Source: an uncultured Burkholderiales bacterium
GTDB lineage: Bacteria > Pseudomonadota > Gammaproteobacteria > Burkholderiales > Eutrophovitaceae
Length of the DNA: 41,246 nucleotides
Reading direction: 5' to 3'
Assembly (NCBI GenBank): GCA_965661885.1
Contig: CBFIFN010000003.1
Span: forward strand, 1 to 41,246
Part shown: positions 28,527 through 37,571 of the stretch, piece after piece
Position numbering within the stretch: position 1 is the stretch's first letter
Layout of the letters: each line of letters starts with the position of its first letter
The notes under the pieces: generated by a model
The model's input: the letters and a program-made list of their open reading frames with translations, nothing else
Database searches by the model: none
What the model was told of the DNA's origin: nothing
Position numbers and translations under genes: made by a program

Positions 28527-30629
28527 ATGCGTTCTAAACTAGTAATTTTTGGTCTTGTATGGCTTGCGGTGGTCGCAGTTTCGATTTTGTTTCCTGCTCA
28601 CGCAAAAGATCATGTCGTAGATGCTCAACACACCACCCTTGAGTTGATTTCTGAATTCGATACCGTTGCACCGGGTCAAGAGTTTTATTTGGGTGTGCGT
28701 GTGACACTTGACGAAGGTTGGCACATATATTGGAGGAATCCTGGTGATACCGGATTACCTACTCGGGTTACTTGGAATGCCCCCGACGAGCTAGACATAG
28801 GCCCTATACTTTGGCCTGCTCCAATCAGCTTTAGATTAGAGAACTTCATTAATTTCGGCTATGAGGGTGCGGTCACGTTTCCCTTTCTCGTTAAGGTGTC
28901 CGGTTCTACAACATTGGGTACAACCCTGGTTGAGGCTAATGTAAGTTGGTTGATATGTAAGGATTTGTGTATTCCTGGGGATGCACAGCTCTTGATGGAT
29001 CTAAATGTGGGAAAGACTCCGATGGCCAGTTTGGAGGAGAAGCATTTAACGACGGTAGTCAGTAAGTTGCCAATGGAGGCGGGGGATAATGGATTCCGGT
29101 CTGTAGTGACACAGGATGGTCGATGGAGCCTCGATTTGAGTTATTTAGATTTTCCGGTGTCGTCCGCACAATTTTTCCCGGACTATAGCGACACGATTAG
29201 TTACGACGCACAGCAAACGTTAGAGAGAAACTCAAATGGTTTGAGTTTGAGAGGAGAACTATCTGCGGACTACAAAAACTCAGTGAATGAATTTGCGGGT
29301 ACGCTGGTCGTGGAAAACGAGGTCAATCGAGAGCTGCAAAGTTATGACTTTACTCGGGTGCCTGAGCAGAAAATTGCACTTGAAAGATCGATTTCCTTTC
29401 AAGAGGAGTCGCAGACGGTTTTCAGTCTATGGCTTGCCATCTGTTTTGCTTTAATCGGTGGTGTGATACTGAATTTCATGCCTTGCGTTCTCCCCGTCTT
29501 AGCTATCAAGTTAATCTCTCTGATTGAACATGGCGAGCAATCGCGTAGGTCGCGATTTCGTGAGACTTTTTTGTTTTCTGCTGGAGTGGTGTTGACGTTT
29601 TGCGTAATCGGGGTAACGCTCATAATGCTTAGGTCAGCAGGGGAGCAGATTGGTTGGGGTTTTCAACTCCAGTCGCCGGAAACGGTTCTCACTTTAATTA
29701 TTTTATTTTTTGCTCTGTCATTGAACATGTCTGGTTTGTTTGAAATTGGGACTAGCCTGCAACGATTTGGTGGAATGAACAATACTTTCGGTCGTTGGTC
29801 TTCCTTCGCCTCTGGGGCTCTCGTCACGATTATCGCGACACCCTGCACCGCGCCCTTTATGGGTGCTGCTATTGGGTTTTCAATTGCGCAAGGAACTTTG
29901 GCGAGCATGCTTACTTTTTTTGCACTTGGAGTGGGTATGGCGACACCGTACGCGCTGATCTCGTTGCGCCCTGGATTGCTTAAATGGTTACCAAAGCCTG
30001 GTGAGTGGATGAATACGTTGAAGAACCTCTTGAGTTTGCCGCTATATCTTACTGTTGTTTGGCTTATCTGGGTGCTGGGCCAGCAGACAAATATCCACAT
30101 TGTGAGTCAAGTTCTTGTTGTCATGGTTTTTACTGGATTATCTGCATGGGCTATTGGAAAAATCCAGTATGGACAAGTCTCTCGCATCCATGCTTGGAGA
30201 GGTCTTATTGCAGTCAGCGTTCTGATATCGGCCCTAGGGCTTGCCTATGTCTTGACTAGCTTCGATAACTCGCCAGGTGAAAATAATGCGAATATTGATT
30301 GGGAAGTATGGTCGGCTGACTCGGTTCTTGAGGCCCGCAAAGATGGTCAATCTGTGTTCGTTGACTATACGGCTGCTTGGTGTATCACCTGTCAGGTGAA
30401 TAAGGCGCTGGTGCTAGATGATCAAGATGTTCTGAGGATGTTTCAAGAAAACAAAGTACTCATGTTCAGAGCGGATTGGACCTCTCGGGACCCGAGCATA
30501 ACGCAGTCACTAACTGGCCTTGGGCGATCAGGAGTGCCCGTGTACGCTTACTATCCCCCAGATAATGGGCCTCCGTTATTATTGTCGGAGATACTGACTA
30601 AGAAAGAGATATTCGCACTGTTCGACTAG
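28527..30629 (+). CDS. dsbD: Thiol:disulfide interchange protein, DsbD/ScsB-like
   Basis: N-domain GWHIYWRNPGD..P and ICKDLCIP, transmembrane NFMPCVLPV and ATPCTAPF, thioredoxin domain DYTAAWCITC. Confidence 0.88.
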   Translation: MRSKLVIFGLVWLAVVAVSILFPAHAKDHVVDAQHTTLELISEFDTVAPGQEFYLGVRVTLDEGWHIYWRNPGDTGLPTRVTWNAPDELDIGPILWPAPISFRLENFINFGYEGAVTFPFLVKVSGSTTLGTTLVEANVSWLICKDLCIPGDAQLLMDLNVGKTPMASLEEKHLTTVVSKLPMEAGDNGFRSVVTQDGRWSLDLSYLDFPVSSAQFFPDYSDTISYDAQQTLERNSNGLSLRGELSADYKNSVNEFAGTLVVENEVNRELQSYDFTRVPEQKIALERSISFQEESQTVFSLWLAICFALIGGVILNFMPCVLPVLAIKLISLIEHGEQSRRSRFRETFLFSAGVVLTFCVIGVTLIMLRSAGEQIGWGFQLQSPETVLTLIILFFALSLNMSGLFEIGTSLQRFGGMNNTFGRWSSFASGALVTIIATPCTAPFMGAAIGFSIAQGTLASMLTFFALGVGMATPYALISLRPGLLKWLPKPGEWMNTLKNLLSLPLYLTVVWLIWVLGQQTNIHIVSQVLVVMVFTGLSAWAIGKIQYGQVSRIHAWRGLIAVSVLISALGLAYVLTSFDNSPGENNANIDWEVWSADSVLEARKDGQSVFVDYTAAWCITCQVNKALVLDDQDVLRMFQENKVLMFRADWTSRDPSITQSLTGLGRSGVPVYAYYPPDNGPPLLLSEILTKKEIFALFD

Positions 30630-30691
30630 GGAGTCGCGCTTTTTTGTAACTGGTCAGTGTGAGCTACTCTCAGATATTGAGGTAACGCAGA

Positions 30692-31663
30692 TTGGAACGA
30701 ACAGAACGTTTTTATAAAATTGACCGCTTACTTCGAGAGAATAGATCAGTCTCCTTAGAAAGATTTCTTGAGGAACTGGCTATATCCAAAGCTACGTTTA
30801 AGCGTGACATAGAGTACATGAGAGATCGACTCGGGGCTCCTATTAGCTGGGATCGAGGCCTGCGGGGGTATCTTTTTGATCACGATCTGGATGATCTGCC
30901 GGCTTATGAGCTGCCGGGTATATGGTTTAATCAATCGGAAATCTTTGCTCTCTTATCGATGGAATCTTTGCTAAGTCAAATTCAACCTGGACTATTGGGG
31001 CAACGGCTAGACCCATTAAAGCAAAAGTTACATGATTTGATGGAGGTAGGTGAGTACTCCGTTGATGTGATAAAGAATCGAATCAAAATCCTCAACATGG
31101 GCTCTCGCAGTCGTAACATTAAACATTTCGAGGTAATTGCTCTATCTTTAATGAAGCAGTCACAGCTTGAGATTACTTACTATGTTCGCACTCGAGACGA
31201 ATTGACCACACGGTCAGTTTCACCGCAAAGAATCATTTACTACAGGGATAATTGGTACTTGGATGCATGGTGCCACGTTGCAAATAGTGTGAGAAGTTTT
31301 TCGCTTGATGCAGTGCAATCCGCGGTGCTAAGCGAAAATGATGCTTTACGATGTGATGAGCAAGAATTAGACGCGGTGCTAGGTTCGGGATATGGCATTT
31401 TTTCTGGGACTGATCTCCAATGGGCTAAATTGAAATTTCGACCAGAACGCGCTAAATGGGTTTCTCTAGAGGAATGGCATCCATCTCAGCGAACACAATT
31501 CGATCATGAGGGGTACTTCATCTTAGAAATCCCCTACAGCGAGGAGCATGAGCTGGTAATGGATATTTTACGTTTTGGTCCCGATGTTGAGGTGCTGGGG
31601 CCGGCATCATTGCGAAGTGTGGTTATACATAAAATGACTGAAATGTCGAAGATATATAAATAA
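30692..31663 (+). CDS. HTH-WYL-WCX transcriptional regulator (YafY/PafBC/DriD-like)
   Basis: N-terminal wHTH (ISKATFKRDIEYMRD), WYL domain (RSVSPQRI.YYRDNWYLDAWCH...RSFSLD) and WCX (DILRFGPDVEVLGP..LR). TTG start with SD GAGGT at 30680-30684. Confidence 0.92.
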   Translation: MERTERFYKIDRLLRENRSVSLERFLEELAISKATFKRDIEYMRDRLGAPISWDRGLRGYLFDHDLDDLPAYELPGIWFNQSEIFALLSMESLLSQIQPGLLGQRLDPLKQKLHDLMEVGEYSVDVIKNRIKILNMGSRSRNIKHFEVIALSLMKQSQLEITYYVRTRDELTTRSVSPQRIIYYRDNWYLDAWCHVANSVRSFSLDAVQSAVLSENDALRCDEQELDAVLGSGYGIFSGTDLQWAKLKFRPERAKWVSLEEWHPSQRTQFDHEGYFILEIPYSEEHELVMDILRFGPDVEVLGPASLRSVVIHKMTEMSKIYK

Positions 31664-31714
31664 GCTTCTGATTTTTAACTTTTTAATTTTTTTTTAAGGA
31701 TTATGATTGGAGAG

Positions 31715-31729
31715 GCTCACCTAGTGAGC
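31715..31729. promoter_or_regulatory. Palindromic operator candidate GCTCAC-CTA-GTGAGC
   Basis: Perfect 6-bp arms in an AT-rich intergenic region right after the WYL gene, with 17 nt between its end and a -10-like TACCTT (31747-31752). Assignment to the WYL protein is inference. Confidence 0.6.
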
Positions 31730-31782
31730 TAGTACTGGGCGCAAACTACCTTCAACCTAAATAATTAATTTGGAGGTTAGTC

Positions 31783-32745
31783 ATGGAACAGCTTAGTTTT
31801 TTTCAAAATAATCTATCTAATCAGAGATTACGCCGTAGCGTCTCCAGTGTTAGAGATCGTGTGGATCGCACGGTGTCAAATACTAAGGGCGCTAAAACGT
31901 CTAGATTGCCTCACTTAGAAATACCGTTTCCGCGCTCTGGCTCTATTTCGAAGGCTCGCGCATCCTTTTCGAATGGAAAAAACTCAGCACTCAATAGCCG
32001 TGCAACGGTTTCATCATCGAGTGAACAGGCTACGTTCATTGATCGCTTAGGGACTGATAACTCAATCAAAAAACTGATTCGAGGTCGTCAATTTATACCG
32101 CATGAAAATATTCTGAATACAATTGAACGTGCGTTAGTCGCGCTAAGAATAGACCCAGACGAGGTTGATATATTGATTGACCGTGGCGCATATAGCGCTC
32201 AAATGTCCTTGGTGATCTCATTACCCGCTTACTACGACTATGACCCTGGCTATATGGATGCATTTAAACTTCAACTTGTTTTTCACAATTGTGTGAGTCG
32301 CGGTGGACTTCGGGTGCTTGCACGATGGTGTCAAGAGGGAACAGGAGTGGTTTGCTCCGTGGGGGTCACGCAACTCAATGCCAGTCTCGCGCACAGAATA
32401 CCAGCTAGAGAGGAGCAGATTTTGCCCACCTTTAGGCGGGCCATAGATCTCGCTAATGACGACCGTACCCGGTTTGGGAAATGGCTAAAGCAAGACGTAA
32501 AAGATGATTTAGTTCAAACTTGGACGTCAGAGTCAGTTCGTCGAATGTGGGGTACGCGAGGAAAAAATGAAATACAGAAAAAAATTAAAATGCAGAATAG
32601 TAAGCAGACGGTTTTCAATCTTTTAATAACCGTAGCTGAATACTCTATTAAGACGAAAGATATTCTGAAACAATGTGACCAGGTGGTTGAGGGTGCCGTT
32701 TTGATACGTTCGCTTCTTAAGAAAAAGGCTACAACATCCGTTTAA
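31783..32745 (+). CDS. Hypothetical protein, possibly a divergent DUF932-like domain with an N-terminal QLSFF motif
   Basis: Strong SD (GGAGG) and ATG. The segments QFIPHENILNTIERAL, YSAQMSLVI, DPG..FKLQLVFHN and LRVLARW resemble DUF932-type proteins as I recall them; the family call is tentative. Confidence 0.6.
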   Translation: MEQLSFFQNNLSNQRLRRSVSSVRDRVDRTVSNTKGAKTSRLPHLEIPFPRSGSISKARASFSNGKNSALNSRATVSSSSEQATFIDRLGTDNSIKKLIRGRQFIPHENILNTIERALVALRIDPDEVDILIDRGAYSAQMSLVISLPAYYDYDPGYMDAFKLQLVFHNCVSRGGLRVLARWCQEGTGVVCSVGVTQLNASLAHRIPAREEQILPTFRRAIDLANDDRTRFGKWLKQDVKDDLVQTWTSESVRRMWGTRGKNEIQKKIKMQNSKQTVFNLLITVAEYSIKTKDILKQCDQVVEGAVLIRSLLKKKATTSV

Positions 32746-32870
32746 TAATGTTCAGTCGAACTACTCGGTGGTAGCGATTACAATTCCAGGGTATTTATGA
32801 GCCGATAAAAACAAGATATGATTGGGACACAAAGATGTTCTTTTTATTTCTCATAAACCAGGTTTAAGCG

Positions 32871-33944
32871 ATGCTCATCTTCCGTCAATTAGTTGATCAA
32901 CAGTCTTCCACCTACAGTTATTTGTTGGGCGATCCTGAATCGAAAGAATGTGTGTTGATTGATCCTGTTTTCGAGCAATCGGCACGTGACCGGGCGATGC
33001 TTGATGAAATGGGCTTGCAATTAGTTGCCACCATTGATACGCACGTCCACGCTGACCACGTCACCGGTTCTTGGTTGTTGCACAACAGGTTGAAGAGTGA
33101 AATCGTTGTTTCTAGGGACAGCAGAGCCGAAGGTGCTGGGCGGTATGTTCAACATGGCGATACTGTAGGTTTTGGTGAGCGATCCCTTTCAGTCAGAGCC
33201 ACGCCTGGGCATACAAGCGGTTGTATTTCTTTGGTCCTTGATGATCAAACCATGGTTTTTAGCGGAGACTGCTTGCTTATTCGAGGCACTGGCCGAACAG
33301 ATTTCCAAGAGGGAAATCCGAAATTGATGTTCCGTTCGATCCAGGATCAAATTTTCACGTTGCCTAACTCCTGTTTAGTCTATCCTGGGCATGACTACAG
33401 AGGCTTAACTGTTACAAGCGTAGCGGAAGAAAAATTTTTTAATCCAAGGTTGGGTGGTGAGGCTAACGTAGAGGACTTTTGCGGGTATATGGATAACTTG
33501 AAGTTGCCACACCCTAAACAGATTAATCGCGCAGTACCAGCGAATTTGAAGTGTGGCCAGCCTAACGGCCACCTCGCTGAGTTGGAAGATCAAAATTGGG
33601 CCGACCTTACCTACAGTTTTGCGGGTGCTTGGGACATAAAGCCATCGTCCTTAGAGGAAGTCTTAAGTATTGTTAATGTTATAGACGTCAGAGAGGCAAG
33701 TGAATTTGAGGGTCCGCTAGGTCGTATCTCGACTGCTCGTTTAATGCCCCTAGGCCAATTGGAAGAGCTGAGTAAAAATCTTGATCCTGATGTTCCTATT
33801 GTCGCCGTTTGCCGCTCTGGAGCACGATCAACCCAGGCGATTTCGTATCTCAAGGCGCTTGGATTTACAAAAATCGCCAACTTAGCCGGTGGTATGTTGC
33901 GTTGGAACGTTGAGGGCTATCCTGTTTTAGGTGGTTCAGACTGA
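32871..33944 (+). CDS. Persulfide dioxygenase (ETHE1-like MBL fold)-rhodanese fusion
   Basis: IFRQL....SSTYSYL, THVHADHVTG, TPGHT.GC, GRTDFQ, YPGHDY.G and VPANL.CG, plus C-terminal rhodanese IDVRE...CRSGARS..LAGGM..W. Confidence 0.9.
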   Translation: MLIFRQLVDQQSSTYSYLLGDPESKECVLIDPVFEQSARDRAMLDEMGLQLVATIDTHVHADHVTGSWLLHNRLKSEIVVSRDSRAEGAGRYVQHGDTVGFGERSLSVRATPGHTSGCISLVLDDQTMVFSGDCLLIRGTGRTDFQEGNPKLMFRSIQDQIFTLPNSCLVYPGHDYRGLTVTSVAEEKFFNPRLGGEANVEDFCGYMDNLKLPHPKQINRAVPANLKCGQPNGHLAELEDQNWADLTYSFAGAWDIKPSSLEEVLSIVNVIDVREASEFEGPLGRISTARLMPLGQLEELSKNLDPDVPIVAVCRSGARSTQAISYLKALGFTKIANLAGGMLRWNVEGYPVLGGSD

Positions 33945-33989
33945 AATCAGACGCAAGGGCGAAGAACGTTGTTCAGTTATCACGTTTCC

Positions 33990-34607
33990 CTATAGCTGCG
34001 CTTCGGCTTTTTTGGTTCTTAGGAAAGCCGGTCGAGAGGTCAGTCGCCGCAAGTACGAGGCTATAGAATCTGGAAATGGTTCTTCGACGTGCTTCGTGTA
34101 AGCGGTTAGTGCGATCCCCGTCATAATATCCGCTCCAGAGAATTTTTCTCCGAGCAACCACTCTTTGTCACCCAAAAACACGTTCAAGGCTTCTAAGCAA
34201 GCATTTGCACGCTTCTTGAATTCACTAATTACCTCTTGGTTGTGCGTGTTGGGAAATGCTCGCTTGTGTCTGATGATTTCGGAAATCGACGACGCGAAGG
34301 TTGCTTCTGCAAACCAGCTCCATTCAAGGTATTTCATGTATAACGGATCATTGATTTCAGGCATCAGTCTTCCGTTTCCGTACTTTGTTATAAGGTAGTG
34401 GACCATTGCCCCGCTCTCACACATCGTTGTGTCCCCATCTTGCATGGCGGGAACTTTACCGATTGGGCTGATTCGAAGGAATTCATTACTGAATCGATAG
34501 TTAGTGGAAAAGTCAACAAATTGAAGTGTGTACTGCAGATTTAATTCTTCGCAAACCCAAATAGGTCTGAGGCCTCTAGTGTTTGTAAAATGGTATATTT
34601 TTATCAC
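33990..34607 (-). CDS. Glutathione S-transferase family protein
   Basis: SPIGKVPAM.DG...ESGA, FSGADI and RPAF; GTG start with GGAGG SD. Confidence 0.9.
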   Translation of the reverse strand: MIKIYHFTNTRGLRPIWVCEELNLQYTLQFVDFSTNYRFSNEFLRISPIGKVPAMQDGDTTMCESGAMVHYLITKYGNGRLMPEINDPLYMKYLEWSWFAEATFASSISEIIRHKRAFPNTHNQEVISEFKKRANACLEALNVFLGDKEWLLGEKFSGADIMTGIALTAYTKHVEEPFPDSIASYLRRLTSRPAFLRTKKAEAQL

Positions 34608-34787
34608 TTTGGATGATCCTCCATGTCGATTAACACTCGCCGGAATGAGTAGAACGGATTATAACTTCTATCCCCAGCTGCCGATAATAATGTTGGCATT
34701 TGATTAAACTGTCAGTAGAAAAACATAATCGATTTGTTGTTCAGATTCGATTAATATAATGAGCTAATTTTTTAAGGAAGATAATAA

Positions 34788-35465
34788 ATGAAAAAGATCT
34801 TGTTTATAGCGCTGGTGCTTTTGACGTCAGCTTGTTCAAAAGAGGCGGTAACTGCTGACGTTGTTTTGGAAACAGAGGATCAAAAAACGCTCTACGCCAT
34901 TGGTATGCTCATCAGTAATCAATTGCAGCCATTTGCGCTGAGTGAAGAGGAAATCGCTCCCATCGTGCAAGGAATTATGGACGGTATTAAAGGGGATGAT
35001 CCTCAGGTTGATATGAAAACATACGAGGCACGAATAAATGAAATGATTTCTGAGAGGTCGGCAGTGGTCGCAGCCAAAGAGGCTGAAGCGTCCGGGACGT
35101 ATCTCAAACAATTCGAAGACGACGATTCAATCGTGAAGACGGACTCTGGTGCGCTAGTAAAGATGATTGAAGATGGCTCCGGTGAATTTCCAGGAGCTGA
35201 CGATACAGTGATGGTTCACTACGAAGGTACGCTTATTGACGGCACCGTCTTTGACAGCTCCCTTGCTCGTGGTTCGCCAGCGACCTTTCCTCTTAGCGGA
35301 GTGGTGACTTGTTGGAAGGAAGGTTTGCAAAAAATAAAGGTCGGTGGAAAAGCGCAATTAATTTGTCCGGCAGATACAGCTTACGGTGATAGAGGCGCGC
35401 CACCAAAAATTGGGCCAGGAGCGACACTCATTTTTGAAGTAAATCTTCTAGAAATAAAAAAATAA
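34788..35465 (+). CDS. FKBP-type peptidyl-prolyl isomerase (FkpA/Mip-like lipoprotein)
   Basis: Lipobox-like TSAC, N-terminal dimerisation YAIG, VHYEGTLIDGTVFDSS and AYG....P.I..GATLIFEV.L. A TATAAT at 34755-34760 lies upstream. Confidence 0.92.
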   Translation: MKKILFIALVLLTSACSKEAVTADVVLETEDQKTLYAIGMLISNQLQPFALSEEEIAPIVQGIMDGIKGDDPQVDMKTYEARINEMISERSAVVAAKEAEASGTYLKQFEDDDSIVKTDSGALVKMIEDGSGEFPGADDTVMVHYEGTLIDGTVFDSSLARGSPATFPLSGVVTCWKEGLQKIKVGGKAQLICPADTAYGDRGAPPKIGPGATLIFEVNLLEIKK

Positions 35466-35487
35466 AAAGTAAATCTTCTAAAGGGGA

Positions 35488-35826
35488 ATGCAAATGTTGA
35501 TTGATATGAGAACGTACCGATGCAAACCGGGCACCATTAAAAAACACTTGGCGTTATACGAGAGGCTTGGTAAACCAGCTCAGACGAAGCACCTTGGCCA
35601 GCCACTCGCGTATCTCCAGTGCGAGAGTGGAGATCCAAACGAGTACGTGCACATGTGGATTTACGATAATGCAGCTGATAGAGAGGCCAAGAGAGCTGCT
35701 ATGCAGGCTGATCCAGACTGGATAAATTATCTTGGAGAGAGTGCCAGTTTGGGGGCTCTTGAAAACCAAAAAAACAAGTTAATGAAGCCTGTTGATTTCT
35801 TTCCTGCACCTCAAAATCTGGGGTAA
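35488..35826 (+). CDS. NIPSNAP family protein
   Basis: DMRTY..KPG and VHMW.Y....DRE.KRAAM.ADPDW. Confidence 0.88.
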   Translation: MQMLIDMRTYRCKPGTIKKHLALYERLGKPAQTKHLGQPLAYLQCESGDPNEYVHMWIYDNAADREAKRAAMQADPDWINYLGESASLGALENQKNKLMKPVDFFPAPQNLG

Positions 35827-35828
35827 CT

Positions 35829-35860
35829 AAAAAAGGGTGGGCTGCAAAATTTAGCCCACC
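35829..35860 (-). terminator. Rho-independent terminator between the convergent NIPSNAP and CoA-ligase genes
   Basis: GGTGGGCT-N9-AGCCCACC stem with an A6 tract at 35829-35834, which is a U-tract for the minus-strand transcript. Confidence 0.75.
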
Positions 35861-35867
35861 ACTCTCT

Positions 35868-37445
35868 TCATTGCTTTTCGCGTTCCTTTTGAATTAAGAC
35901 CCTTCTTAATATTTTTCCTGACGCTGATTTAGGAATTTGTTGAACGAATTCGACGATCCGAATCCTTTTGTGTGGCGCCACCCTTTCAGAGACAAAAGAC
36001 ATCACGTCCACCTCGCTCATTTCCATCTCCGCCTTAGTGACAACAACGGCCTTTGGTAATTCCCCGGCTTCTTCGTCAGCGACAGGAATGACGGCAACGT
36101 CAGCGATTGACGAATGGGTCAGTAAAAGCGCTTCTAGCTCTGCTGGTGCGACTTGCATGCCTTTAAATTTTATAAGCTCTTTGATTCGATCCACAGCATA
36201 GAATAGACCTTCCTCGTCAACGTATCCAATGTCTCCTGTTCTATACCATCCATTTTTTGTAATGCTATCGGCAGTGTCTTTTGGACGGTTTAGGTAGCCT
36301 TTCATAATTTGCGGGCCCCTGATCCAAATCTCACCATTCTGATTTTTACCAAGAGGTTCCTCCGTTTCTGGATCAACAATCATGACTTCCGTATTGGGAA
36401 TAGGTAATCCAATTGACCCTATATTTTTCTTTTCATCACTAATCGGCAATAAATGCGTCACCGGACTCGCCTCGGTCATCCCAAACCCTTGAGCAATATT
36501 GCAGCCTATTCGGTTAGCGGCCTCTAGCGCTACTCCCTCGCCCAGTGGGGCCGCTCCAGATAAAATGAGCTCAAGACTTGATAAATCGTACTTTTCGACT
36601 GCTGGGTGTTTTGCGAGGCCCAAAACGATCGGAGGAACGATCGGGGCTTTTGTTACTTTGTATGTTTCGATGGCCTTTAGAAAGTCATCCATTTCGAAGC
36701 GTGACATGCATACGATGGTTCCCCTACGGTAAAGTGTGTAGAGCATGATGACGACCATCCCGTAAATATGAAAGAAAGGTAGAACCCCAAGAACGGTATC
36801 GTTTTCTGTTATTGCGTTGTGGCTCTCCATCCCCTCGGTCTGACACATATTCACGATCAAATTATGGTGAGTGAGCATGACTCCCTTCGGTAGGCCAGTC
36901 GTCCCGCTTGAATATGGGAGTACGCAAACATCGCTATCTGACGATATGGCTGGCAAAATTATGTCATTACCAGTGAGCATTAAGTCTTTCAAACTTCTGT
37001 GATTCGGCGCACCGTCAATCACGATTATTTCGTCAATATTTTGATTTTTTGTAGAGGCTTCTGCTTTATCTAAAAATGCGGAAACAGTAACAATCAATTT
37101 AGCCTTGGAGTCTTTAAGCTGTTTTGCCAATTCGTCTGCTGTGTATAGCGGGTTCACGGTTGTGCATACGCCCCCAAGTTTCAGGACGGCTAGAAAAACT
37201 ATGACGTATTCAGGCAAATTTGGACTATAGATGGCAAGCACATCACCTTTTTCAAATCCTGTTACTTGGAGTCCCTTCGCAAGTTGATTGACCGACTCTG
37301 ATATTTCTTGGTAGCTAATTTTTCGCCCTGTTTCGGCTTGAACAATAGCAGTCTTATCCTTATGCGATGAGATATCACCAAGAACAAATTCCAAAACATT
37401 TATTTTTGGCGCAGACACATCCGCATGTGGACCTCGAAAAATCAT
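35868..37445 (-). CDS. 4-coumarate--CoA ligase-like AMP-binding enzyme
   Basis: LPYSSGTTGLPKGVMLTH, LPFFHIYG, QGFGMTE, GEIWIRGPQIMKGY, RTGDIG, DRIKELIK and PKSASGKILRR. Confidence 0.88.
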   Translation of the reverse strand: MIFRGPHADVSAPKINVLEFVLGDISSHKDKTAIVQAETGRKISYQEISESVNQLAKGLQVTGFEKGDVLAIYSPNLPEYVIVFLAVLKLGGVCTTVNPLYTADELAKQLKDSKAKLIVTVSAFLDKAEASTKNQNIDEIIVIDGAPNHRSLKDLMLTGNDIILPAISSDSDVCVLPYSSGTTGLPKGVMLTHHNLIVNMCQTEGMESHNAITENDTVLGVLPFFHIYGMVVIMLYTLYRRGTIVCMSRFEMDDFLKAIETYKVTKAPIVPPIVLGLAKHPAVEKYDLSSLELILSGAAPLGEGVALEAANRIGCNIAQGFGMTEASPVTHLLPISDEKKNIGSIGLPIPNTEVMIVDPETEEPLGKNQNGEIWIRGPQIMKGYLNRPKDTADSITKNGWYRTGDIGYVDEEGLFYAVDRIKELIKFKGMQVAPAELEALLLTHSSIADVAVIPVADEEAGELPKAVVVTKAEMEMSEVDVMSFVSERVAPHKRIRIVEFVQQIPKSASGKILRRVLIQKEREKQ

Positions 37446-37571
37446 ACAACTCTCCCCTTATAATTCGTTTTTAGGTTCCTTACTCATTTATATTACATTA
37501 TAAATTCAGCATATCACTTAGTTTAAAATGTCTTCATCAATGACCGGGGGCAATCGTTTTGGAGGTATTTA

